Shown here in pieces: positions 52,090 to 64,000 of a DNA stretch of 64,000 nt. The position numbers were made by a program, and so were the translations under genes. Source of the stretch: Octopus sinensis (taxonomy: Eukaryota); assembly GCF_006345805.1 (NCBI RefSeq), contig NC_043006.1:69440001-69504000 (forward strand), given 5' to 3'. The notes beneath the pieces are model-generated. The model saw nothing but the letters and a program-made list of their open reading frames with translations, ran no database searches and was not told the origin of the DNA. The first letter of the stretch is position 1; each line of letters begins with the position of its first letter.

Positions 52090-53105
52090 CCCCTCCCACC
52101 ACCTGAAGTGGTGGAATGTTTGTTGTTGTGGCAATGACAGCAGTAGTAGTAATAGTGGTATGGTGTTAGTAATGAGAAAATGGGCAATGGTGATGATGTG
52201 AGGAGGGAGAAGTAAATTGAGGTGTGCATGTGGCAGTTTAAGTGATGTTGGTGATGCTGGTGGTGGTATTGTGGCTGTTAGCGGTACAGCAGTAGTAGCG
52301 TTGTGGTAGTACGTTGATGGCATTGTGGTAGGGATAGTGGTGGCAAGTTTGGCAGTGCAGACTATGTGCAGAAAGTGGCTTAACGGGGTGTATGTCACAG
52401 GTTCGTAGTGGTGTAGTGTTGTTGTTGTAGAAGAGATGGTGTAGTGGTAATGATGTTATGACGGTGGTAGTGGTGGTAGTGATAGTGTTGTTTCTATGGT
52501 GGTGTTGCCTTGGTAAGTATAAAGGTAGTGGTGGGAAGGACGGTGATGGTGGTGGTGACTGTTGTGGCAGCGATGGTGGTGGTAGTGTTTCCGTAGTGGT
52601 GGTCATGGTAAGAATAGGGGTCGTGGTAAAAACGGTGGTTGTAGGTTTTTGATAGTGGTGGTGTTTTGGTTGTGATGGTTAAGGTAAGAATGGTGGAGTT
52701 CGTGGTAAGAACGGTGATTGCAGATTTTCGATAGTGGTGGTCGTGGTAAGGATGGTGGTGATGGTGGTAGTGTTTTGGAAATGGTGGTCATGGCAAGAAT
52801 GGTGGTGGTCGTGGTAAGAACAGTGGTTATAGAATTTTGGTAGTGGTGGTCGTAGTAAGGATGGTGGTGGTAGTGGTCATGGTAATGATGGTGGTGGTTG
52901 TGGTAAAAACAGTGGTGGTGATGGTGGTAGTGTTTTAGTAGTGGTGATCGTGGTTAGAAGAATTATGGTGGTTGTAATCGTGGTAGTTTTGTGGTGGTGG
53001 TGGTGGTGATGATGATGGTAAGTATGGTGATGGTGTTGGTAATGTGGCTGTGGAGGTAGTAAGGGTAGTGGTGGTGGTAATGGTGGCAGCGGTGGTTGTG
53101 ATTGA
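52090..53105. repeat. ~1-kb (GGT/GAT/AGT)-rich cryptic minisatellite
   Basis: Recurrent GGTGGTCGTGGTAAG(A/G)ATGGTGG units; source of the Thr/Pro/His-rich spurious ORFs. Confidence 0.85.
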
Positions 53106-53481
53106 TTCATGAGGCTGCTGTTAATTTTGATTAAGCGTACATTCGTCTTTCACTGCAGCTATCAATGAAATGGATGAGAGAGTTTGTTATTCAACGTGAA
53201 AGGAAGGAAAATAGGAAACAATAAATAAATAAATAAAAATCTTTTCCCCCGCCTTCCTCTCGTCTTTTTTTCTTGTTTTATCATTATTATTATTATTAGT
53301 AGTAGTAGTAGTATTATCATTGCTTTTTCTTTTGTTCTTTTTTTCTTCCCAGGCAAATGAAGAAATAAGAACAAAATATATTTTTTTAATGTTTTGCCTT
53401 TCTTTTTCTTCTTTTTTCTTCCCGCCTTAAAGGAATGTCTTGTGATCACGTGACATTCGGTGGACCAACCGTATGACAATG

Positions 53482-53516
<35 letters not shown>

Positions 53517-54161
53517 CGTGCGTGCGTGTGCGTGCGTGTGTGTCCTGCTGAAACGTCATTTCTCTCCTTTCTCTCACTGATTGATAGTGTTGTCGTCGCC
53601 ATCTTCGCTATCCTCATCATCATCACCACCACCATCATCAGTAGCATCATTAACATCATAAACTCCACACCCACCACCACCACCACTACCAGAACAGTAC
53701 AACTGTCGAATGCCACTGTCAATGTCTTTACCATTATCATCATAAGCAGCAGCAGAAGCAACAGCTCTTGTAGCATCTCTGCTTTATTGATCTGCAGTCA
53801 TGTTAGCCGTCCGTCTTCTATTGTGTGATAAAACCTTTGTGACATAGATATGTTGTGACATCAGATGTGCAAGGTCACGTCTTCTCTGCCATGTCACACC
53901 TGCTTTGTGTTGCATTCCTCTTACATTTCTACGCTCTCACAGTCCTACTGTGCCATACCCCGAGTGTGTTATATCCCTGTTGTGTTACATCCAGTTTCCC
54001 TGTGTGAAAATCCTTTTTTGGTAGTTTCCATATATTGTGTCTTTTCGTTTCTTTATTCAGTAACGTCTACAGCCAGGGTCACCAACTCCTACAGCGAGGG
54101 TCACCAACCAACAAGGGGGATAATTCCACCTCAACAGAAGAGTACCTATCCCGGAAGCAAG

Positions 54162-54526
54162 ATTTTTCCCACGAGAGTTCTGGACCCCAGTTATGAACTC
54201 ATTTGCATACAGCCAATCAGAGCTCAACTATCAAACTAATTTATGAGCGCGTAACAAGTGATGAGCGATAAGATAAGGTCACTTGGGTAAGGAATGACCA
54301 TACTTCTTTTCTCTTTTAATAATGCTTGTTTTTGTTCTTGTTTCAACCACGGCTACCTCTGTATGGTTATTTGTGTTGTGAGAGCACAATACAAGGTTCG
54401 CTTGGCAATCAGAGATCGCCATTTTGAATGCCAACCTTTAACTTGACAACAAGCTCAAGGTGAGATCTGATTGGCTGTATGCAAATGAGTTCATTACTGG
54501 AGTCCAGAACTCTCGTAGGAAAAAAG
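54162..54526. mobile_element. MITE-like element with ~65-bp inverted repeats
   Basis: TTTTTCCCACGAGAGTTCTGGACCCCAGTTATGAACTCATTTGCATACAGCCAATCAGAGCTCA pairs with TGAGATCTGATTGGCTGTATGCAAATGAGTTCATTACTGGAGTCCAGAACTCTCGTAGGAAAAA. Weaker symmetry may extend ~45 bp further out. Confidence 0.8.
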
Positions 54527-54979
54527 TTTCGCATCCCGGAGGGATCGCCTATTCCAACTAAGGAACTGTCTCCCTCACCCAACAAAGGAGCAGATTACTC
54601 ACACAAATACCTTCTGAAACAACGAGGTAAACCGCGAGTTAGCTTTGGATTTTCTACATACTTGCTTGACCTGGTAAAAATATCAGTTACATTTCATTTG
54701 AATTACACTGTTACACCTCATAAAGGAAACTTCATTGCTTTTTCTTCCATTTTTGTCACCCTTTCAGTTTTCACGTGTGTAGAGTAATACGAGTCAGACC
54801 AATGTCTTGAAGTTTCAGCTTCGTTTCGCGACCTATATATTTGCTTCTCTATACATTTGTTAGATTGTAGAACGCTCTCTGAGTTTTCGATATTCTGTTC
54901 TTTATATCCCGCGTTACCTTTCTTAACTGTCGCCTCGAGTAAATAAATTCTTCGACGTTGTCGCCGAAATGACCCAATT

Positions 54980-55280
54980 CAGAGGACAATGGGTATCAAC
55001 AGGATCAGTGACGAAATAAAACTAAGGCGCTGGATGGGATCGGACACATCCTCAGACAAGATCGAGAAAGTGATTGTATGGGGGCACTAAAGTGGCATCC
55101 TGAGGGAGAAAAAGAGCAACATAGCGCCTTGAAAGGGGAAGAACCATTAAGAAGGAGACAGAAATGGTAGACCAGCTGGAATGAAATCAGGATACGGGGA
55201 AAAATTTATCAGAGCTGGTTGGAGAGATCATGTTGTGGCATTGTGTGCTTCATTGCACGGAGAAAACTAACAAACTAAAC
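54980..55280 (+). mobile_element. Decayed RTE-like LINE 3' end (second family)
   Basis: Broken translation ISDEIKLRRW..IGHILRQDRESDCMGALKWHPEG...WRDHVVALCASLHGEN*, followed by an AACT-repeat tail. Confidence 0.75.
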
Positions 55281-56034
55281 TCGTAAAGAGAAAGAATACA
55301 TCGAATAATAAGTTCTTCGATTGTCTTAAAACGACAGGGTGGTCTTGGCTGGAATTATCATTGGTTTATTCCGTTAGGTGTGTCGTGTAATTTATTCTTA
55401 CTATATCCGTAAACTGAGTTATTTATGGAGCTACTAGAGTAGCATGAACCGTCAATAATGATGTAAAATGAACATGATGATAGTTAATGAGAGTATGAAG
55501 ATTTAAATATAATTTCCAAAATACCATATTGATCATTCCCCAAATATTATACAAGTTTGATTACTTTTGATATGCACAAAATGTAGTCAATGATTCACTC
55601 ATTATTTCCTTCAATATGTTGTACACGTATATGCATTCAAAACTTCCAAAATACACGCATATTTACTCATGGGTACATGTTCTTGCAAACAGGTTACATA
55701 TATCATCTGAAGGTTATCAAGAAACAGCAAGATTAGCTCATGCGATAATAGCTGCTAATTTACAATATATTTGACATACTTCGTGCAAAATCTACAAATG
55801 CACAAAAATGTTATTACTCATTTTCATTGTAACAGTTCCCGAGGAACTATATTTCGTGTGAGCAGCAACTGTGATTCTCACTCTCTTATCTTCTACACAG
55901 TATTTATTGTGCTCCAGTTATAAATCTCTTCTTACGACTCTACTTTAAGCAACATATTATGAATTTTAACTTTCTATTTTGTAAGGCCATAAAAATGTGT
56001 TATATCTTTCATTGTAAGACATTAAGTTAGTGAA

Positions 56035-56295
56035 GACGATTGGCTTAGTGGTAAGGGGTTCGACTCACAATCGTAAGTTGGTGAATTCGATTCCCGGTGG
56101 TGCGTTGTGTCTTCTGAGCATGACATTTTAAGGGTCAGCCTTGTCACATTATGTTCTCACCGAATCTCCCTGAGAATTACGTTACGGGTACGCGTGTTTG
56201 TGGAATGCTCAGCCACTTGCACGTTAATTTCACGAGCAGGCTATTCCGCTGATCGGATTAAATGGAACCCTCGTCGTTGAAACCGACGAAGTGAC
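56035..56295 (+). mobile_element. SINE family C with internal deletion
   Basis: A box TGGCTTAGTGG, B box GAATTCGATTCCC, and the 3' segment GCCACTTGCACGTTAATTTCACGAGCAGG. Confidence 0.82.
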
Positions 56296-57264
56296 AGTTA
56301 AAACATTAAGCAATGGCGTCATATTTCAACCCGTGTCATGCTGCATATTAAAAACAATTTCCTCGTCTGTTGTAACACAGCACTTTGTTGTACCATTCTC
56401 ATACTGTAACAAATAGCTCTTGTTGCATTTCGTTTCTTCCTCTGTTGAAACACGCCAAGCAAACGACCCTGGCTGTAAACTGCCTCTAATATATAAACTG
56501 TAGTAAATGACCCTTGTTACACACGACGCCATATGTCTATTACTACACAGCAAGCCATTGTGTAACATTTTTACTGTAAGAGTGTCATACGTCGTTGAAC
56601 TCGGTTCAGCAAAAATACATTCAACGATCAAAGATCAAAATTATTTCAGCCACACGTATTTCATATCTATTTAGGATTACATAATCGGACTGGTCGTTTC
56701 CTTCAGTCTGGAGTTATCTGATGTAGATTTAGCTACCATCTCTTGCAGATCAAGTGACAAGGTAAGGCTCCCTCGTTGTTGGTAAATATAGACCAGTTAT
56801 ACGATACCACATAACACGTTTTAGGTTATTTGTCAAATAAATCCTACTTTTATCTTATATCTAATCTCATATTGTTTTTCAAAGACTTGCCTTTGATCTG
56901 TTTTGTGAAATCTCTCCTCCCACTTTGTTTTCCTCTTCAAAATAACTTCACTGGAGTGTAATATTACCTTTGCATCAACCTTTTAACATCACCACATCAC
57001 ATCGCTGTACTGCACCACTATATAACATCACTACATTATACCACTCCAATACACCATCGCACACACTGCCACTACACAATATTGACAGAACTTCTAACTA
57101 GACATTGGACTAGCTAGAAATAGCAGCCAAATTTCCGTCATGCCAAACTCTACGGCCTTACAAAAGAATATATCTTTTATATCTTCGATGCACAGTATAC
57201 GTAACTAAGGACCACCGCATGAATAAAATACACCACGTGACCAGAGAATAAAATAATTTTCAAT

Positions 57265-57928
57265 TACAGGCACAAGGCCAGAATTGTTGTAGTGAAGGGA
57301 GTGCTAATCGATTACTTCGACCCCAGTGCATAACTGGTACTTATTTCATCGACTCCGAAAGAATAAGAGGAAACGTCCACCGCAGCAGAATTTGAACTCG
57401 GAACGTAAAACCGGAAGAAATGCTGCTAAATATTTTGTACCACGAGCTACCGCCTGTGCTAGTTCGCCTCCTTCAGATTGTAGAATAATCGTTTCTACTA
57501 TAGGCACAAGCCTGGCATTTTGTAAGGAAGGAGATAATCGATTACATCAACCCCAGGGCGTAACTGGTACTTAATTAATCGACCCCCAAAAAGATGAAAG
57601 GCGAAGTCGACTTCGGCGAGATTTGAACGCGAAACGTAAGCGACGGACGAAATGCCGCTGAGCATTTTACTTCAGCAATCCAACGTTTCTCTCAGCTCGA
57701 CGTCTTAGTTTGTTAAATAATAATGGTTTCAAATTTTGGCACAAGGCCCGTAATTTTGGGGGATGAGGGTAAGTCGATTACACCGACCCTAGTGTTCAAT
57801 TGTTACTTATTTTATCGACCTGGGTACGATGAAAGACGAAGTCAACCTAGGCGGAATTTGAACTCCGAATGATATGTCACCAAGTACTTTTCCAGGCGTG
57901 CAAACGGTTCTGCATGCTCACCGTCTTA
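57265..57928 (-). mobile_element. Three head-to-tail SINE family A copies just downstream of the EAAT donor
   Basis: Copies at about 57265-57470, 57490-57706 and 57722-57928. Confidence 0.85.
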
Positions 57929-57969
57929 GATTGTAAAATAATAATGGATGATGGGAAGAATTAACTTAC

Positions 57970-58150
57970 CAGATGAAGATTTTAAATAATTTCATGGTGG
58001 CTTCATTGATGCAATTACAGACATCCAGTAAGGGTTTACCTCGGATAGCCATTCTGCCCAGGGTGACACCCATCAATACAGAGAATACAACAACACCCAG
58101 AACATTGGTTTGTCCGGTGGTGCCAGCCTTGGGTACGTACACTTGTTTCA
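57970..58150 (-). CDS. SLC1A: EAAT internal exon (end of TM4 loop plus TM5): KQVYVPKAGTTGQTNVLGVVVFSVLMGVTLGRMAIRGKPLLDVCNCINEATMKLFKIFI-W
   Basis: Acceptor TTTTTCAG| at 58152-58151 (phase 1) and donor TG|GTAAGT at 57969 (phase 2). The 181-nt exon has the NxLG...NE...M.L...W pattern of EAAT TM5, and its split W codon is completed by the next exon. Confidence 0.93.
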
Positions 58151-58690
58151 CTGAAAAAGAAACACAATACAGACGTTATATATGCATGCGTACACATATT
58201 TATACACGCACACACACATGTATATATCTACGCACACACACATGTATATATCTCCACACACACACACTCGTATATATCTCCATACACACACATACACACA
58301 CACACACACGTGTGAGTATGTGTTTAAAGGGGCATGGCCAAGGGATTATGGTCGCGGGTTCGCTTCCTGGACCGTGTGGTAGGTTGTTTCCTTGAGAACC
58401 GCATTTCACTTGATGTTGCCCCAGCATGGGCTGTCGCAGCCAACTCTTGCCCTAGCTGTCACGTCCTCAATGTTCCACTGGATTAAATGTGCAAGAGGCA
58501 AGGGAGTGTCTGTCTCTATTCGTGATCTCTTAAGCACTGAAAACTGTCAGCAAAATCATGGCACAGAAAATAATTGCCAGTGATAATGCGTAGCTTATAA
58601 TCTAAGTTTATAAGACTAAAATGAAACAGGCATCGTCCAAGTTAGTACTGACCAAATAATAAATTGAGCAATGTAGAGATTTATGTTTTC

Positions 58691-58873
58691 TATAACAAAT
58701 GATAGAGACGGAAAATGAAATATATGAGAAACTTTATTGCTCACGACGATCGTTTCGAGCCCTCAAGAGTGAGATGCTGTGTGACTGGAGATCGATGCAG
58801 GATGGGTCGAAAAGATTATTGTGAGCAATAGAGATTCTGGTGCATTCAATTTCCGTTTCTGTTATTTGTTATA
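58691..58873. repeat. Imperfect ~180-bp palindrome with hammerhead-like remnants
   Basis: TATAACAAAT...TTTATTGCTCACGACGATCGTTTCGAGCCC pairs with GGGTCGAAAAGATTATTGTGAGCAATAGAG...ATTTGTTATA. Confidence 0.7.
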
Positions 58874-58874
58874 T

Positions 58875-59235
58875 GTGGAGGCGCAATGGCCCAGTGGTTA
58901 GGGCAGCGGACTCGCGGTTGTAAGATCGAGGATTTGATTCCCAGACTGGGCGTTGTGAGTGTTTATTGAGCGAAAACACCTAAAGCTCCACGAGGCTCCG
59001 GCAGAGCGTGGTGGCGAACCTCTTTCACCACATCTGTCTCTCACACTTTCTTCCTGTATTTCAAAGGACCAGCCTTGTCACACTCTTTGTCACGCTGAAT
59101 CACACCGAGAAATACGTTAATTGTACACGTGTCTGTGGAGTGCGCAGCCACTTGCACGTTAATTTCACGAGCAGGCTGTTCCGTTGAATTGGATCAACTG
59201 GAACCCTCGTCGTCGTAAGCGACGGAGTTCCACGA
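58875..59235 (+). mobile_element. SINE family C, near full length
   Basis: tRNA-like head GGAGGCGCAATGGCCCAGTGGTTAGGG; 10-bp TSD TTTG(T/C)TATAT at 58865-58874 and 59236-59245. Confidence 0.88.
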
Positions 59236-59397
59236 TTTGCTATATACTCGACCAACACTGAAGAATTTCTAATGTAGATACAGGGACAATTATATAAATA
59301 CCCTGGAAGATGTCAGACAGCCAGTTGCAGTGAACGTGCTTCACCGGCTATCTACATACATGCCCAATGCTTAGAGAATTATATATATATATAAATA

Positions 59398-59555
59398 TAG
59401 GCGCAGGAGTGGGTGTGTGGTAAGAAGCTCGCTTTCCAACCACATCGTTCCGGGTTCAATCCCCCTGCGTGGCATTTTGGGCAAGTGTCATTTGCTATAG
59501 CCTCGGGCCGACCAAAGTGGATTTGGTAGTCAGGAACTGAAAGCCCATCGTACGT
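59398..59555 (+). mobile_element. SINE family B, 5' half
   Basis: AGGCGCAGGAGTGGGTGTGTGGTAAG...GGGTTCAATCC...TTGGGCAAGTGTC. Confidence 0.8.
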
Positions 59556-60229
59556 ATACATATGTGTGTGTGTGTGTGTGTGATGGACTGACCCGTCGAG
59601 GGCGACGTATGAGCGTTCAGCTTTTGGTGAAGGACCTGCACAAAGGATTTGTTTATAGTGATCGAATGTATGCATTAGCTCACTCTCTCCATCAAGTCGA
59701 TGTTCTCTGAACAGGTGCACTGTGCACCATGCGTCAGGTGTTAGGTGTTGAAGTGATCACAGAACAACGTGAGATGAACTGTCTTAGCCCAAGGACAACG
59801 CACCACCCGCTCTAACGATTCCAATAACAGTAGCTACATCGTGAGTGCAACACCCTAATCGCCAAGTCATGCACCCTCATATTATATCAGGGCATCGACA
59901 GATCTATCGGATGTCGGTCTACATTGCTGGATACAATGCGCTTCCTAAAATTATTGTAGCTTTTGAATGATCCCGCCCTCTGGCTGGGTATGAAGGTAAA
60001 AATTGCCCTTCATAGGGCAATTGCCAGTCCATCGCAGGTTTATCTATATACACCTGAGTAGACTAGAGTAGCGCGAAATAAAGTACTTTAGTACTTTGCT
60101 TAAGAGTGCGACGCACTGACGATCGTAGAATAGAAAGTACGATCTTGTAATCTTGAACGCAAAGCCTTGACCACTCGGTCACAAATCATCAATCACTCTT
60201 CTGCCTGCTGCCTGCCACCCCTATCTCTC

Positions 60230-61494
60230 TCTTCTATATATATATATATATAATATATATTATATTATATATATAATAAATCTATATATAATATATATAT
60301 ACATTATACATTATTTATTATATATATAATATATACTATATATAATATAATATATATATATATATACATACATATATTACATATATAACATATATATACA
60401 TATATATACATATAATACATATATATACAATATATATATACATATATAACATATACATATAATACACATATATATACACAGATATATACACATATAATAT
60501 ACATATATATATACAATAACATATACATATACAATATACATACATATACATATATACAATATACATATATACATATATACCTATATACCATAAATATATA
60601 TATACATATATATATATACATATATATATATAATATATATATATACATATATATATATACATATATATATATACATATATATATATACATATATAGATAT
60701 ACATATATACATATACATATATAAATATATATATATACAATATATATAATACATAGTATATATATACATATATATATATAACATATACATATACATATAT
60801 ATATTAACATATATATATATACAATATATATATCACAATATACACTATATATATATACATATATATATATACATATATATATATACATATCTATATATAC
60901 ATATTACATATATATATATACCTATACATATATATATATACATATATATATATACATATATAATATATATCTATAATATATATATATATACATATATATA
61001 TACATATATATATATACTATATATATATACAATATATATATATACATATATATATATACCATTATATACATATATATATATACATATATATATATAATAT
61101 ATATATATACACATATATATATACACATATATATATATATAATATATATATATACACATATAATATACACATATAATATACACATATAATATACACATAT
61201 AATATACACATATAATATACACATATAATATACACATATATATATATACATATACACATATATATACACATATACATATACACATATACATATACCATAT
61301 TACAGATATATATATACAATATATATATAACATATACATATATACATATACATATACCATATACATATACACATTATACATATAATACATATATATATAT
61401 ATACATATATATATATACATATATATATATACAGATATACATATATTATATACATATATACATATACATATATACATATATATATATATACATG

Positions 61495-61525
<31 letters not shown>

Positions 61526-63124
61526 CATAGATATATACATATATGCATATACATATATGCACATATAATATATACATATATATATATACATATATGGCAT
61601 ATATATATACATATATATATATAATATATATATATACATATATACATATATATATATATACAAATGCAATAATATATAATATATATTATATATAATATAT
61701 GCATTATATTATACACATATACATATTATATATATACATATTATATATCATATATATATATACATATATATATATATACATTATATATATATACATATAT
61801 GCATATATATACCACATATACTATATATATACATATATATAATTATACATATATATATATACATATATATATATACATATAATATATATAATAGATATAT
61901 ATATACATATATGCATATATACACATATACATAGATGCATATATATACACATATACATATATATATACATTATATATATATGATATACATATATACATAC
62001 ATATATATAGATATATACATAGATATACATATATAATATATTATACATATATATATAGACATATATGCATATATCTAACAAGATACATATATACATATAT
62101 ATACACATATACATTATATATATACATATATATATATATCTATATATAACATATAAATATAATATATGCATATATATACACATATACATATATATATACA
62201 TATATATAATATACATATTATAGATACATATATGCATATAGATACATATAAATATAGATATATACATATATGCATACAGTATACATACATACATATTATA
62301 TACACTATACACATATTATATACATATATATATATATATAGACAGATAGATATATACATATAATATATATACACATATATATATATAACCATATAGATAT
62401 ATATTATCATACATATATACATATATTATACTATATATACTATATATATATACAATATATATTATACATTATATATATATATACATATATATATATTACA
62501 TAGATATATATAGACATAATATATATATATCATATATACATATATACATATATAACGATATAATTATACATAGATAATAGATGACATATATATATATAAG
62601 ATATATACAATATACTATATATATATACATATATACATATTACATATATATATACTATATTCATACATATAGACATATAACATATATATAGAGATATATA
62701 TATACATATAGATATATATATATACATATATATATTACATATACAGATAACATATACATATATACATATATATAGACATATATCATATTATATATAACAT
62801 ATATATATAAATAGATACAGATATATAGATCATTATAATATAACATATAAGTACAATATTATACATACATATATATACATTACACTATATATATATTACC
62901 ATAGATACATACATACATATATACATACATACATATATACAGAATACATAGATAATACATATATATACCATAAATATATACATAATATATATACTACATA
63001 TATACATACATATATATACATAGATACATACATAGATACATACATATATATAAACATATTATATACAATATATTATATACACATATATAGTATATAACCA
63101 TATACACATATATACAATATAAAC

Positions 63125-63155
<31 letters not shown>

Positions 63156-63378
63156 ATATAGATATATAGACATATATATATATACATAGATATATACATA
63201 CATATATAGATATATATACATAGTGATATAATAGCTACATATATATATTATATACTACATATATACATACAATATAGATATATACATATATATTATATAT
63301 ACATGATATATAGATATATTATCATATATACATATCTATACATATATACATATATACATATATACATATATAATATAC

Positions 63379-63409
<31 letters not shown>

Positions 63410-64000
63410 CTATATATATATATACATATATATATATATTACATATATATACATTATATATTATACATACATATATATATATATACATATATATCTAATA
63501 CATATATATACAATATATATATATACATATATATACATATATATATATTACATATATATATATACATATATATATATATACATAGATTACATATATATAT
63601 ATATATACATATATAAAATAGATATATACATTATATATATACATATATATATATATACATATATATAAACAGTATATATATATACATATATATACATATA
63701 CATATATATATATACATATATAATATATACATATATATATACATATAATATATACATATATATATAGACATATATATATATACCATATATATATAACATA
63801 TATATATACATAATATAATACATACATATATATATACACATATATATATACAACAATATAATACACATTATATATACACACATATATAATACACATAAAT
63901 ATACATATATAACACATACATATACACTACATAGATACACATACATATATAAACATATATATATACACATATATATATATACAAATAGATATATAGATTA
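60230..64000. repeat. >3.7-kb degenerate (TA)/(TACA) satellite-like array running to the window end
   Basis: Almost only A/T with C and few G on the + strand; local 14-bp periodicity (ACACATATAATAT) near 61160-61230. Confidence 0.97.

Noticed and set aside
53460-53828. 122-aa plus-strand ORF with a TM-like stretch
   Set aside because: It is built from (TG)n and (CAT/CAC)n repeats and has no homology or coding signature.
56035-56105. tRNA-like sequences with A and B boxes (also at 26878, 58875 and 59398)
   Set aside because: They lack a complete cloverleaf and continue into SINE bodies, so they are SINE heads rather than tRNA genes.

Overview
This is an AT-rich, microsatellite-saturated animal genomic window, most consistent with an Octopus (coleoid cephalopod) chromosome. 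That assignment is inferred from the repeat families and composition, not from a database search. The only well-supported host gene is the 3' part of a minus-strand SLC1/EAAT-family Na+-coupled glutamate/aspartate transporter. Five coding exons splice in frame with canonical GT-AG sites: 58150-57970, 42369-42136, 32866-32672, 29695-29561 and 22733-22547. The 5' exons lie beyond the right edge. The introns and flanks hold three tRNA-derived SINE families, RTE and CR1/L2-like LINE fragments, an internally deleted mariner, Helentron-like non-autonomous elements, a MITE and long (TA/CA) arrays. Almost all ORFs in the supplied track are microsatellite artefacts. Four observations stand out. (1) There is a family of palindromic elements carrying minimal type I hammerhead-ribozyme motifs of the Penelope-like kind. 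Two copies look foldable (48158-48200 and 25099-25173), both antisense to the transporter, while all copies I found on the sense strand are damaged. (2) About 20 copies of one SINE family all lie on the same strand. (3) A dimeric SINE moved as a single unit, shown by an 18-bp target-site duplication. (4) The transporter has an EAAT-type substrate site but an ASCT-like NVEGD in TM8 and a class I PDZ tail. All alignments and folds were done by eye, and repeat boundaries are approximate unless a TSD is given.
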